Source: Alphaproteobacteria bacterium (lineage in GTDB: Bacteria; Pseudomonadota; Alphaproteobacteria; UBA8366). From it: a stretch of DNA of 41,144 bases. Numbering within the stretch: the stretch's first letter is position 1; each line of letters starts with the position of its first letter. The notes beneath the pieces were generated by a model that was not told the origin of the DNA, ran no database searches, and worked only from the letters and a program-made list of their open reading frames with translations. This document shows positions 25,693-34,866 of the stretch, piece after piece. A program made the position numbers and the translations under genes. Location of the stretch: positions 1-41,144 of the forward strand of contig JBFWNZ010000001.1 in assembly GCA_050250795.1 (NCBI GenBank), given 5' to 3'.

Positions 25693-26925
25693 TCAAACAA
25701 TGCCCGCGGCGCGAAGCCCCGCAATCTGCTCCGCGTCGTAGCCGAACTGATGCAGAACGTCGTCCGTATGCTCGCCCAGCTCGGCGGTGGGGATGCGGAT
25801 GGCGTCCGGCTCGGGCGTGCGCGACATGTTGATCGGCTGCCCGACAACCTGGGTGTCGCCGGCCTCCGGCGACTGCATCGGCCGCGCCATCTGCAGGTGC
25901 TGCACCTGGGGATCGTTGAACACCTGGTCGATGCTGTTGATCGGTCCGCAGGGAACGCCCGCCTCGTTCAGCAGCTTCACCCAGTCGGCGCTCGTTTTCG
26001 TCTTCACCATCGCCTCGATGGCGACGTTCAGCGCCTCGCGGTTCTTCGAGCGCGCCTCGAAGCTGCCGAAGCGCGGATCGGCCAGCAGGTCGCCCAGCCC
26101 CGCCGTCTTGCAGAAGCGCTCGAACAGCACCGCGCCCGAGGCCGCGATGTTGATATGCCCGTCCGCGGTCTTGAACACGCCGGTCGGAATACTGGTCGGG
26201 TGGTTGTTGCCCGCCTGCTTCGGCACCTCATGCGCCATGAGCCAGCGCGCGCCCTGGAAATCGAGCATCGCGATGATCGATTCCAGCAGCGAGGTATGGA
26301 CCCACTGCCCCTCGCCCGACACCTCGCGCTCCAGCAGCGCCATCAGGATCGCCTGGAACAGGAAATGTCCCGCGGTCAGGTCGCAGATCGGGATGCCGAC
26401 GCGCACCGGTCCCTGGCCCGGCAAGCCGGTGATGGACATCAGGCCGCCCATACCCTGGGCAATCTGGTCGACGCCCGGCCGCTTGCCATAGGGGCCGTCC
26501 TGGCCGAACCCGGCGATGGAGCCGTAGACGATGCGCGGATTGACCTTGCGGCACGCCTCATAGTCGATGCCCAGCCGGTGCTTCACCTCGGAGCGGAAGT
26601 TCTCGATCACCACATCGGCCTTGGCGACGAGGCGGAAGAACACTTCCTTGCCCTTCGGGTCCTTCAGGTTCAGCGACAGGCTGCGCTTGTTGCGGTGCAG
26701 GTTCTGGAAATCGAAATTGTTCCGCTCGCCCGTGACCCCGCCCTTGTCCTTATTGATGGCGGACGGCGCCTCGATCTTGATCACATCGGCGCCCCAATCC
26801 GCGAGCTGGCGCGCACAGGTGGGGCCGGCGCGGTGCGCGGTCAGGTCGATCACGGTATAGCGCGACAGGGGCAGCTTGCGGACCTGCGCCTCAAGGGCGG
26901 CGTTGGAAATGGGGCTCTCGGGCAT
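25693..26925 (-). CDS. Family III CoA-transferase (CaiB/BaiF / formyl-CoA transferase-like)
   Basis: 410-aa ORF with YTVIDLTAHRAGPTCARQLADWGADVIKIEAP, the typical N-terminal signature. Confidence 0.9.
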   Translation of the reverse strand: MPESPISNAALEAQVRKLPLSRYTVIDLTAHRAGPTCARQLADWGADVIKIEAPSAINKDKGGVTGERNNFDFQNLHRNKRSLSLNLKDPKGKEVFFRLVAKADVVIENFRSEVKHRLGIDYEACRKVNPRIVYGSIAGFGQDGPYGKRPGVDQIAQGMGGLMSITGLPGQGPVRVGIPICDLTAGHFLFQAILMALLEREVSGEGQWVHTSLLESIIAMLDFQGARWLMAHEVPKQAGNNHPTSIPTGVFKTADGHINIAASGAVLFERFCKTAGLGDLLADPRFGSFEARSKNREALNVAIEAMVKTKTSADWVKLLNEAGVPCGPINSIDQVFNDPQVQHLQMARPMQSPEAGDTQVVGQPINMSRTPEPDAIRIPTAELGEHTDDVLHQFGYDAEQIAGLRAAGIV

Positions 26926-27083
26926 GGGGCGTCTCCTCGGCAGCGGGGCGCGGGCGTCGCTGAATCGCGACCGTTCCTAGCGCGCCATGAATGTCGGGCG
27001 ATCATGCGGCGCGGTCCGCCCCGGGCGCAAGCGCATTGCGACCGTCGATTGTTGAGGGCGCATGCCCGTGCTAGCGTCGCCGC

Positions 27084-27992
27084 ATGCACGACCTTCTGGT
27101 CATCGGAGCCGGCCTCGCCGGACTCGCCGCCGCCCGGCATGCGGCATCCGCCGGAGCGAACACGGTCATCGTCGAGACACAGCCGCTCTATGGCGGGCTT
27201 GTCGCGAATGTCGAGCATGTGGACGGCCTCTCCGATGCGGCGGGCGAGCCCACCTCGGGCATGATGCTGGCGATGGAGCGGCTGGAAGCCGCCATGGAAC
27301 AGGGCGCGGAGCTTCTGGAAGCCGAGGTTCTCGGCCTCGCGCCCGGCACCGGGGGGTTCGCCGTAACCACCTCCGCCGGTTCGCGGCCGGCCCGCGCCGT
27401 TCTCGTTGCGACCGGCGGCAAGCTGCGCAAGCTGGACGTGCCCGGCGAGGATGCCTTCTACGGTCGCGGCGTGTCGCAATGCGCCGATTGCGACGGACCG
27501 ATGTTCCAGGACGAGGATGTGCTGGTGGTCGGCGGCGGCGACGCCGCCGCCCAGGAGGCGCTGGTCCTGGCCGAATTCTGCCGCAGCGTGACCGTGCTCG
27601 CGCGCAGCGGGCTCAAGGCACAACCGCGCTATGCCGAACGTCTTGCGGCGCTGCCCAATATCCGTCTGCTCCGCGACCGGGCCGTCGATGCAATCCTGGG
27701 CGATGCCACCGTCACGGCGGTACGCCTGCGCGCCCCCACGACCGGCGCGGTCGAGGACTTCGCCTGCACCGGCGTCTTTCCATTCATCGGGACCGAACCG
27801 GCAGCGAATTTTCTGCCGGCCGCAGTTGTGCGCCGGAACGGGTTGGTCGAGACCGATGACGATCTGATGACGACCCTGCCCGGCCTCTATGCCGCGGGCG
27901 CCGCCCGGCTGGGCTACAGCGGACGGCTCGCCGATGCGGCAGCGGAAGGCGAGGCCGCCGCCCGAGCGGCACTCGCCTTCATCGCACGCTGA
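27084..27992 (+). CDS. FAD-dependent pyridine nucleotide-disulfide oxidoreductase (thioredoxin-reductase-like)
   Basis: 302-aa ORF with DLLVIGAGLAGLAAA (FAD GxGxxG), the redox CxxC motif CADCDG, and VLVVGGGDAAAQEA (NAD(P)H site). Confidence 0.8.
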   Translation: MHDLLVIGAGLAGLAAARHAASAGANTVIVETQPLYGGLVANVEHVDGLSDAAGEPTSGMMLAMERLEAAMEQGAELLEAEVLGLAPGTGGFAVTTSAGSRPARAVLVATGGKLRKLDVPGEDAFYGRGVSQCADCDGPMFQDEDVLVVGGGDAAAQEALVLAEFCRSVTVLARSGLKAQPRYAERLAALPNIRLLRDRAVDAILGDATVTAVRLRAPTTGAVEDFACTGVFPFIGTEPAANFLPAAVVRRNGLVETDDDLMTTLPGLYAAGAARLGYSGRLADAAAEGEAAARAALAFIAR

Positions 27993-28001
27993 CCGCCGCG
28001 G

Positions 28002-29156
28002 CTACGCGGTCACTTCCTTTGCGACGATCTCGTATTTGAAGGCCGCCGGATCGAGGCTGTCGAGCCGGTTCCCGGCCGTTTCCGCCTGCGGATACATCAG
28101 GAAGGGAAGCAACGGCCCCTTGCCGCCCGGCAGCTTCAGGTCATGGGCGACGTTGTAGGCCATCCAGTTGCCTTCCCACGCGCCGAACAGCGTCCGGCGG
28201 GCATCGGCCACCTTGGCATCGGTCATCGGCAGGTTCCCGGGCGGCTCCTCCAGCATGACCTTGCGCACATCTGCCGGATCGGCCGGCACCCAGCCGAAGC
28301 CCGCGAGATAGACCTCCGACCGGCAGTGCTGCGCCTTCGTCACCGTCTCGGAATTCGCGCCGAGGCTTTTGAAGCCGAACTTCGACGGCGCCACACGCAG
28401 GCCGTAGACGTCGCGCGCCGGCACCCCGGACGCGCGGCACAGGCCGACGAAAAGCGCATTCAGGTCCGCGCATTTGCCGCGCAGATTGTCGGCCTTGAGC
28501 ATGGACGCGATATCGCCGACGCCGCAGCCCCTGGTCTTGGGATCGCGGGCCGTGCTGTCCACAACCCACTCATAGATGCGCCGCGCCTTGTCCATATCCG
28601 TCTTGGCGCCCGCCGTGATCCGCGCCGCGGTATCGCGCACGATCCCGTCGGTCGGCAGCAGCATCGTCGACGCGGTATAGAACTTGCGCTCCGTCGCCGT
28701 CAGCTTGGCGTCCGCGCCGGGCTTTGCCAGGTCGACGGCGCGGTCGCGGGTCGCGAAGCGGCTCTCCACTTCGACCAGAGGCGCGGGATCGTCCGGCCCC
28801 CATTCGGCATAGAGCATCTCCGTGTCGTATTTCGATTCGCGCCGGACATAGGCATTGCGGGCATTCGTGGACCAGACGCTGCCCATGGGCCGCATCCAAT
28901 CCGGCTCATTCAGCGAGGGAAGCGGAATCCATGCCTTCACAACACCCTTCGGTTCCGCAATCTCCAGCCGGCTTTTCACCTGAAAGGCCCGCCAGCCCGC
29001 CGGGTGCGGCTTGAAGCTGCCGGGCGCATAAGCCGGCGGTTCGGCGGGAGCGGATGCCGCAGACGGCTGCGGAGCCGCACCCTGCGCCATGGCCGTCCGC
29101 GATACGAGCGCAAGCGACAGCGCACCGCCTGCCGCAAGGAAATGCCGTCGTTCCAT
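28002..29156 (-). CDS. Tat-exported transglutaminase-like family protein
   Basis: MERRHFLAAGGALSLALVSRTAMAQG contains a twin-arginine motif. The transglutaminase-core-like Cys region GKCADLNALFVGLCRASGVPARDVYG is present. I chose the second ATG because GGGAGG directly abuts the first (29162). Confidence 0.8.
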   Translation of the reverse strand: MERRHFLAAGGALSLALVSRTAMAQGAAPQPSAASAPAEPPAYAPGSFKPHPAGWRAFQVKSRLEIAEPKGVVKAWIPLPSLNEPDWMRPMGSVWSTNARNAYVRRESKYDTEMLYAEWGPDDPAPLVEVESRFATRDRAVDLAKPGADAKLTATERKFYTASTMLLPTDGIVRDTAARITAGAKTDMDKARRIYEWVVDSTARDPKTRGCGVGDIASMLKADNLRGKCADLNALFVGLCRASGVPARDVYGLRVAPSKFGFKSLGANSETVTKAQHCRSEVYLAGFGWVPADPADVRKVMLEEPPGNLPMTDAKVADARRTLFGAWEGNWMAYNVAHDLKLPGGKGPLLPFLMYPQAETAGNRLDSLDPAAFKYEIVAKEVTA

Positions 29157-29188
29157 CGTCATCCTCCCAATTTTCCCGGTCTACGTCG

Positions 29189-29713
29189 TCATGGGCCGAC
29201 CAGCGCCGCCAGAGCGGCCGGGTCCAGCCCGTCCCAATCGACATCGCCCTCGGCCGCAAAGCGCGGCTTGAGGTCGCCATCGAGAATGAAGGTTGCGGGC
29301 AGCACTTCGACCCGCCATGCCCGCGTCGCCCGCCTGTCCGGATCGGGCAGCACCGTGAAGGCAGCCGGCCGGCCGGCGAAGAACCGGCGCAGGCGTACCG
29401 CGCCCTCGCCCACACCGACCGCCACAACGGCCAGTTGCTCGCCCCCGGCACGGCTGCGGAACCGTTCAAGGGCCGCCAGTTCTGGAATGCAGGGTTCGCA
29501 CCAGGTGGCGAAGAAATGCACCACCACGGTCCGGCCGTGCATCGAGTGCAGATCGCGCTCCACCCCCGCCAGATCGGTCAAGCCGAGCGGCGGCGGAACG
29601 TCCGCAGTCCACGGGCTCAGCGCCGTCGAGGCAACAGGCTCAGGCAGCGCACCGGATGCCGGCAGGCCGAGCAGGCACAGGGCAATGAGGGCAACCGCAG
29701 GGCGGAAGGGCAT
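29189..29713 (-). CDS. TlpA/ResA-like periplasmic thiol:disulfide oxidoreductase (redoxin)
   Basis: 174-aa ORF with a signal peptide (MPFRPAVALIALCLLGLPASGA) and the thioredoxin motif FFATWCEPC. Confidence 0.8.
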   Translation of the reverse strand: MPFRPAVALIALCLLGLPASGALPEPVASTALSPWTADVPPPLGLTDLAGVERDLHSMHGRTVVVHFFATWCEPCIPELAALERFRSRAGGEQLAVVAVGVGEGAVRLRRFFAGRPAAFTVLPDPDRRATRAWRVEVLPATFILDGDLKPRFAAEGDVDWDGLDPAALAALVGP

Positions 29714-29772
29714 CGGGCGCGGTCCGGCGATGCGGGTTGGGCAGCGTCACGCGCCGCCCGACCCGCTGCGCG

Positions 29773-31149
29773 CTACCTACGGCTTGCGCAGAGCGCAACG
29801 AGCTTGCGCAGGTCGTCCAGCCCATCCAGGCCGTCGACCGTCGCAACGATCCGAGCCGCCTGCTCGCGGCCGACGATGGGATCGACAAGGTCGTGGAACT
29901 TCTCGACCAGCTTGCCCCATTGCCGCGGCAGATCCGCATCGGGCACGCCGACATCGCCATGCTCGCGCAGGACGAGACCGCCCTTCAGCGAGACGATCAC
30001 GTCGGCCTGCGACTTGGGCATGGCGGCATCGCCGACGACGAAGATACGGTCGCGCAACGACTGGATAACCGGCTCGGCCGTCTTCTCCGCCGAATAGTTG
30101 TCCAGCTTGGCCGTGCTCTGCCCCGACAGGGCCATGGCCGAGGTGAAGCGCAGGCTGAACTTGCCCTCCAGCCCCGTGGTCGGGTGCTGGATGTTGCACA
30201 TCTTGAGATAGCGCATGCCGAGCCGTATCTCGACGCGCTCGATCTCCTCGGGCTTGAAACCGTGATCGGCGCGCAGCTTCTTCGCGGCCTCGATGGTGGC
30301 ATGCGTGCCGTAGCAGGCGGCGTGATACTTGAACAGCACACCCGGCGTGTGGAAGACCCGGCCCAGCCCATCGGCGGCCGCTGCCGCATCGAAGGCCGGG
30401 GACTGGGTATCGGAGAAGCCCTGCTCGCACTCCAGCACATCCGGCCGCGCGACGAAGCCGCGACGGGTCAGCAGCGCCGCATACAGGCCGTTCTGCGCCG
30501 CCTTGCCCGCATGCAGCGGCTTGCACATCGTCCCGAACATCGACTTGAGCCCGGCTGCCTGCGTGCCGGCGATACCGAAGGTGTTGGCGCATCGATCAGC
30601 GTCGAAGCCGAAGAAACGCGCGGCCGCCGCCGCCGCCCCGAAAGTGCCCACGGTGCCCGTGGCGTGCCATCCGGCGGTGTAGTGCCCCTCCGTCATGCCC
30701 ATGCCGACCCGGCATTCGGTCTCGATGCCGGCGGCGATGGCGGTGATGATGTCCCGGCCGCTCGCGCCATGGACCTCGGCCAGCGCCAGCAGGACCGGCA
30801 TAACCGGCACCGAGGGATGGCCCGGCATCGCCTCCTGCACGTCGTCGAAGTCGAGCGCGTGGCCCATTGTGCCGTTGACCAGCGCCGCCTGAAGCATGGA
30901 GGTCTTGCGGCCGTCGGCCAGCAACGTCGCTTGGGCATTGCCGCCCTGCTCCATCGCCTCGTCGCGCACCATGCCGACCAGTGGATCGTCGACGCCGGCC
31001 AGCGTGACGCCGATCCAGTCCAGCAGGCAATGCCGCGCATAGCCGCGAACATTCTCGGGCAGCGCCTCATAGCGGAGCGACATCGCATTCTCCGCCAGCC
31101 GGCGGGTCAGCCCCTTTGCACGCGCAAGATTGACGGCCTGTTCCGACAT
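29773..31149 (-). CDS. MmgE/PrpD family protein (paralog 2)
   Basis: I chose the start at MSEQAVNLARAKGLTRRLAENAMSLRYEALPENV, with AGGAGGAA upstream, giving 458 aa. It is collinear with paralog 1. Confidence 0.85.
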   Translation of the reverse strand: MSEQAVNLARAKGLTRRLAENAMSLRYEALPENVRGYARHCLLDWIGVTLAGVDDPLVGMVRDEAMEQGGNAQATLLADGRKTSMLQAALVNGTMGHALDFDDVQEAMPGHPSVPVMPVLLALAEVHGASGRDIITAIAAGIETECRVGMGMTEGHYTAGWHATGTVGTFGAAAAAARFFGFDADRCANTFGIAGTQAAGLKSMFGTMCKPLHAGKAAQNGLYAALLTRRGFVARPDVLECEQGFSDTQSPAFDAAAAADGLGRVFHTPGVLFKYHAACYGTHATIEAAKKLRADHGFKPEEIERVEIRLGMRYLKMCNIQHPTTGLEGKFSLRFTSAMALSGQSTAKLDNYSAEKTAEPVIQSLRDRIFVVGDAAMPKSQADVIVSLKGGLVLREHGDVGVPDADLPRQWGKLVEKFHDLVDPIVGREQAARIVATVDGLDGLDDLRKLVALCASRR

Positions 31150-31234
31150 CGCTTCCTCCTCAGCATTCCTTGCGGCTGCGCCGCTGTTGTTACCGCAACT
31201 CTCGCATGCACGGCCCGCGCGAGTCGATAGGCCC

Positions 31235-32254
31235 TCAGACCGTCGCGACGGGTGTCGCGGGCGATCCGACGGCACCGGGAAGGCGCAATGGCGGCGCGGT
31301 CAGAAGAAAGCGGCTGCGGCCGTTGGCATGCAGCCACTCCGCAAGCTCGGTCAGGTACCACATCTCGCCCAGATGCACGCCCAGCTTGAACAGGCAATGC
31401 TCGTGCAGGCTGAGATTCGGCCCCTTGTCGGTCCGGCGGTTCAACTGTCCCGTCTCATATTCCACCGCCCGGCTGTCGGCGACCAGGGCGGCCACGCCGC
31501 TGTCCGTCACCCATTGCAGCAGCTTCGGATCGGTTCCGTCGAGGGCGGGGCAGCGGCCGAACAGGGCCTGCGGATCGGGGTCGCCCGCCATCTCCACCAG
31601 CATCCGGCCGAAATTGGTGTGAAGGAGAAGCATGTCGCCCTCCTCCACCTCGACCTTGTCGGCATCCATCACCCGCATCAGCTCGTCGTAGCCGATGCCG
31701 CGTCCCTGACCGGGGAAATGGCGGTGCAGATCGATCAGCACGCCGCGGCCCTGGACACAGGTCTCGGCCATGTTCTGAATGCCGAGATGCATCGCGCCAA
31801 GCGCGCCTTGCCGGCCCCGACCCGTCGCCGGATCGACCACATGATGGCCGTTGTAGAAGACATTCTCCGGCACGCCGTCGCCGTCGGCATCGAACACGCC
31901 GCCGTAATGGGCGAAGGAATCCCACTGTGTCGAATACTGGTTGTAGAGCAGGACGCCGTCGTCGCAGGTGACGTCGGTCAGGTTGGCATGCGCCACAGAA
32001 AGCCGCAGGTTGAACGCCACCTGGCCCTCGCGCATGACCGGCTGCAATACCGGCGGCAGACGGCGCGGGTTCAGCTTTGTGCCGCCGGGCAGGTCCAGCG
32101 GCAGGCTGAGGCAGAAGGTGCGGCCGACCTTGACCTCGGCGACCGCCCGCAGCACGCGCTCCGGCGTCAGCAGGTTCATCCGGCCCTTTTCGTCGTCCGG
32201 GCCGAATTCGCCCCAATTGGACCCTTCCGGGCGGTTCTTCCAGCGTTGCGCCAC
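31235..32254 (-). CDS. Cyclase-family protein (putative metal-dependent hydrolase, kynurenine-formamidase-like fold)
   Basis: The start is a GTG at 32254, with GGGAGGA 5 nt upstream, and the translation begins (M)AQRWKNRPEGSNWGEFGPDDEKGRMNLL. The motif YSTQWDSFAHYG resembles the cyclase-family metal site. The product is 339 aa. Confidence 0.7.
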   Translation of the reverse strand: MAQRWKNRPEGSNWGEFGPDDEKGRMNLLTPERVLRAVAEVKVGRTFCLSLPLDLPGGTKLNPRRLPPVLQPVMREGQVAFNLRLSVAHANLTDVTCDDGVLLYNQYSTQWDSFAHYGGVFDADGDGVPENVFYNGHHVVDPATGRGRQGALGAMHLGIQNMAETCVQGRGVLIDLHRHFPGQGRGIGYDELMRVMDADKVEVEEGDMLLLHTNFGRMLVEMAGDPDPQALFGRCPALDGTDPKLLQWVTDSGVAALVADSRAVEYETGQLNRRTDKGPNLSLHEHCLFKLGVHLGEMWYLTELAEWLHANGRSRFLLTAPPLRLPGAVGSPATPVATV

Positions 32255-32282
32255 GGTTTCCTCCCTGTCTGGCTGCAGCGGT

Positions 32283-33824
32283 TCAGTCGTCGCCGACGGC
32301 CGCCTGCTTTTGCGGTTCCGGCGTCTGACAGCCGGCGACGCAGCAGCGTCCAGGCTGACGGCTCGGACGACCGCTGCCGGACTCGGCAGCCACGCCCCGG
32401 TCGAGCAGCCGCTCGACCAGCGCCACCTTGTCCTGTACCGGATAGTTGCGCCAGATTTCGCGCCGCATCGCCTCCGGCGAACCGCCGCCATGCAGGCTGA
32501 TGACCGAATACCAGCCCGCTTCCTTCGAGGCGGTCAGGTCCTCCAGGAAACGCGCCACCTCCATCCGCTGCGCATGCGGGACGTCGCCCCGCGCCTGCAG
32601 CATCGTGGCAAGGTCGCCGCCGGTCTCGGGGTTATGATCCTCGTCCGGTCCCGGTAGGGCGACGATGAGGCCGCCCGAGACCTCATGCGCAAGGCGATGC
32701 ATGTCGTAAATCTGCGTCGCCAGCATCAGCTTGCCGATATTGGCGAAGACCGGCTCCGGCTGGATGTTGCCGGATGGGTCGGCAAGACCGTAGACCGACG
32801 ACGCCACGCCGCAGGCGAAAAAGCCCTCCACGATCTTGATCAGGTCCACCATCGCGCCGCGCAGATGCGGCGTGCGCTCGGGCGGAAGGCCGTTGGCGTC
32901 GGCCATCAACACGCCCGCGCCGATCAGCAGGTCGCCGAAACCCGCCCGCGCCCCGATGCAGCTCTGCCGGTGATGCGTCGCATAGACGGTGGTCAGGAAC
33001 TGCGAATGCTGCCATTCCCCGGCCAGGAAAACGCGCTCCCACGGCACGAACACATCGTCGAACAGCACGACGCCGGTGGCCTGCCCGTACTTGCCGCTGA
33101 ATTTGGCCGCGCGCTCGCCCGGTCGCCCGGCCGGCCGTGCGACGATGGTAATGCCCGGGGCATCCACGGGCACGGCGCAGCATACGGCATAGTCCCGGTC
33201 GGCCTCGGTCATGTTGCGGCAGGGCATGACCAGGAACTCGTGCATATAGGGGGCGCCGGTCACGATGGCCTTGGTGCCGCGGATGACAACCCCGTCCGGC
33301 CGGCGCTGCACGATCCGGACATAGACGTCCGGGTTCGACTGCTCATGCGGGCGCAGCGAGCGGTCGCCCTTGGCGTCGGTCATCGCGATGCCGAGCGTCA
33401 GGTCCTCATCCTGCACGCGGTGCAGATAGGCCAGGAAGCGCGGGTGATACTCGCTGCCGGCCTCCGCATCCATGCGATAGGTCGCCTGATGGATGGCGTT
33501 GAGCGCGTCATGCGCAAGATAGCGCTGGGCGCAGCCGCTCTCCTGGCAGACCAGCCGCACCGCCTCCAGCTTGTCCAACAGGTCCTGCGTGCCGCGGTCG
33601 ATATGCAGCATGCGGTTGACCGTTCGGCCGGAACCCTGCTCCGTCGCCAGCATCAGGCGACGGTATTCCGGCCGGGCTGCGAAATCGTAGGTCACGCCCA
33701 CCGCCGCGATTCCGGGCGCAAAGGCCGGCGCATCGGCCACGCTATCGACCGCCTCGCCATTGCAGAAAACCCGCGGCCGGTAGCGGCGGAGGGAGTCGCG
33801 ATAGTCCGAAGCCGACATCGGCAT
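32283..33824 (-). CDS. 4-hydroxyphenylacetate 3-hydroxylase / 4-hydroxybutyryl-CoA dehydratase (HpaB/AbfD) family protein
   Basis: I chose the start at MPMSASDYRDSLRRYRPRVFCNGEAV. The length is 513 aa, and the N-terminal pattern is typical of the HpaB_N/AbfD family. A Cys-containing segment VCQESGCAQRY is present. Confidence 0.75.
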   Translation of the reverse strand: MPMSASDYRDSLRRYRPRVFCNGEAVDSVADAPAFAPGIAAVGVTYDFAARPEYRRLMLATEQGSGRTVNRMLHIDRGTQDLLDKLEAVRLVCQESGCAQRYLAHDALNAIHQATYRMDAEAGSEYHPRFLAYLHRVQDEDLTLGIAMTDAKGDRSLRPHEQSNPDVYVRIVQRRPDGVVIRGTKAIVTGAPYMHEFLVMPCRNMTEADRDYAVCCAVPVDAPGITIVARPAGRPGERAAKFSGKYGQATGVVLFDDVFVPWERVFLAGEWQHSQFLTTVYATHHRQSCIGARAGFGDLLIGAGVLMADANGLPPERTPHLRGAMVDLIKIVEGFFACGVASSVYGLADPSGNIQPEPVFANIGKLMLATQIYDMHRLAHEVSGGLIVALPGPDEDHNPETGGDLATMLQARGDVPHAQRMEVARFLEDLTASKEAGWYSVISLHGGGSPEAMRREIWRNYPVQDKVALVERLLDRGVAAESGSGRPSRQPGRCCVAGCQTPEPQKQAAVGDD

Positions 33825-33852
33825 GGAGCAGCCCTTCCCTGAGGGTGATGGA

Positions 33853-34740
33853 TCACTCCGCGGCGGCGCGGGTCTGGGCCTCGATCGCATCCATCGCCGC
33901 GACAATGCGCTGGGCCTTGTAGACGATCGGATAGTCGATGAAATAGCCGTCGAGTTGGATCGACGACGATCCGGCCTTCTCCGCCTCGGCAAACGCGGCA
34001 ACCACGCGTCGCGCATGCGCCACTTCCGCCTCGGACGGGGTGAACACGGCGTTCACCGCCGGAACTTGGGGCGGATAGATGCACATCTTGCCCTGGAAGC
34101 CCATGGCGCGAACGCGCTGCGCCGAGCGGGTCAGGTTGTCGATGTCCTTGATGTGAACCCAGACCGTGTCGATGGGCGCTTCCAGCCCGCCCAACCGCGA
34201 GGCCAGCACCATCTCGGCCCGTGCCGCATCGAGTTCCCATTCCTCCAGCGACCACTGGATATTCATGTCCAGCGTATAGTCGCCGGCACCGAAGACGAGG
34301 CGGCGGACGCGCGTGCCCGCCGTCGCGATCTCGCGCAGCTTGGCCATGCCTTTCCCGGTTTCGACGATCGGCATGAGGTCGATGCTGCCGGGCGCCAATC
34401 CCCGTTCGCGTTCCAGGTTGCCGATCAGCCAGTCGACCGCCGCCAGATCCGAGGCATCCTCGACCATCGGCAGGACGATCCCGTCGAGACCCGCGCCCAC
34501 CACCGCGACCAGATCGCCGTAGCAGAACTCGGTATTGTAGGCGTTCACGCGTACATAGGCCTTATTGGGGCGCGGGCGCTGCAGCGCCTCGGCCACCGGC
34601 TTGCGCGTCGCCACCTTCTCCACGCGCGCGACCGCATCCTCAAGGTCCAGGATCACCGCATCGGCGCCGCACTCGAACACCTTTTCGACCTTCCTCGGGT
34701 GATTCCCCGGCGCGAACATGAAGGTGCGGAAGACGCTCAT
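33853..34740 (-). CDS. HpcH/HpaI aldolase / citrate-lyase beta subunit-like (CitE-like acyl-CoA lyase)
   Basis: 295-aa ORF with MFAPGNHPRKVEKVFECGADAVILDLEDAV, the canonical CitE-family N-terminus. Confidence 0.85.
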   Translation of the reverse strand: MSVFRTFMFAPGNHPRKVEKVFECGADAVILDLEDAVARVEKVATRKPVAEALQRPRPNKAYVRVNAYNTEFCYGDLVAVVGAGLDGIVLPMVEDASDLAAVDWLIGNLERERGLAPGSIDLMPIVETGKGMAKLREIATAGTRVRRLVFGAGDYTLDMNIQWSLEEWELDAARAEMVLASRLGGLEAPIDTVWVHIKDIDNLTRSAQRVRAMGFQGKMCIYPPQVPAVNAVFTPSEAEVAHARRVVAAFAEAEKAGSSSIQLDGYFIDYPIVYKAQRIVAAMDAIEAQTRAAAE

Positions 34741-34866
34741 CGCAGTGTCCTTTCAGGCTGACGGTGTCCGCGGATCATGCCAAAGCGCGAATGCAGCGGC
34801 AACGTGTCTGGACAATTCCGGCGGCGACCGCTAACGCTCGCCAGCCCGCCCGCCCCAGGAGATGTC

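Noticed and set aside
28143-31230. Plus-strand ORFs 28143..30068 (641 aa), 29054..30097 and 29737..31230 (497 aa)
   Set aside because: They are antisense to the transglutaminase-like, TlpA-like and PrpD-family genes. Their composition is low in complexity and Arg-rich.
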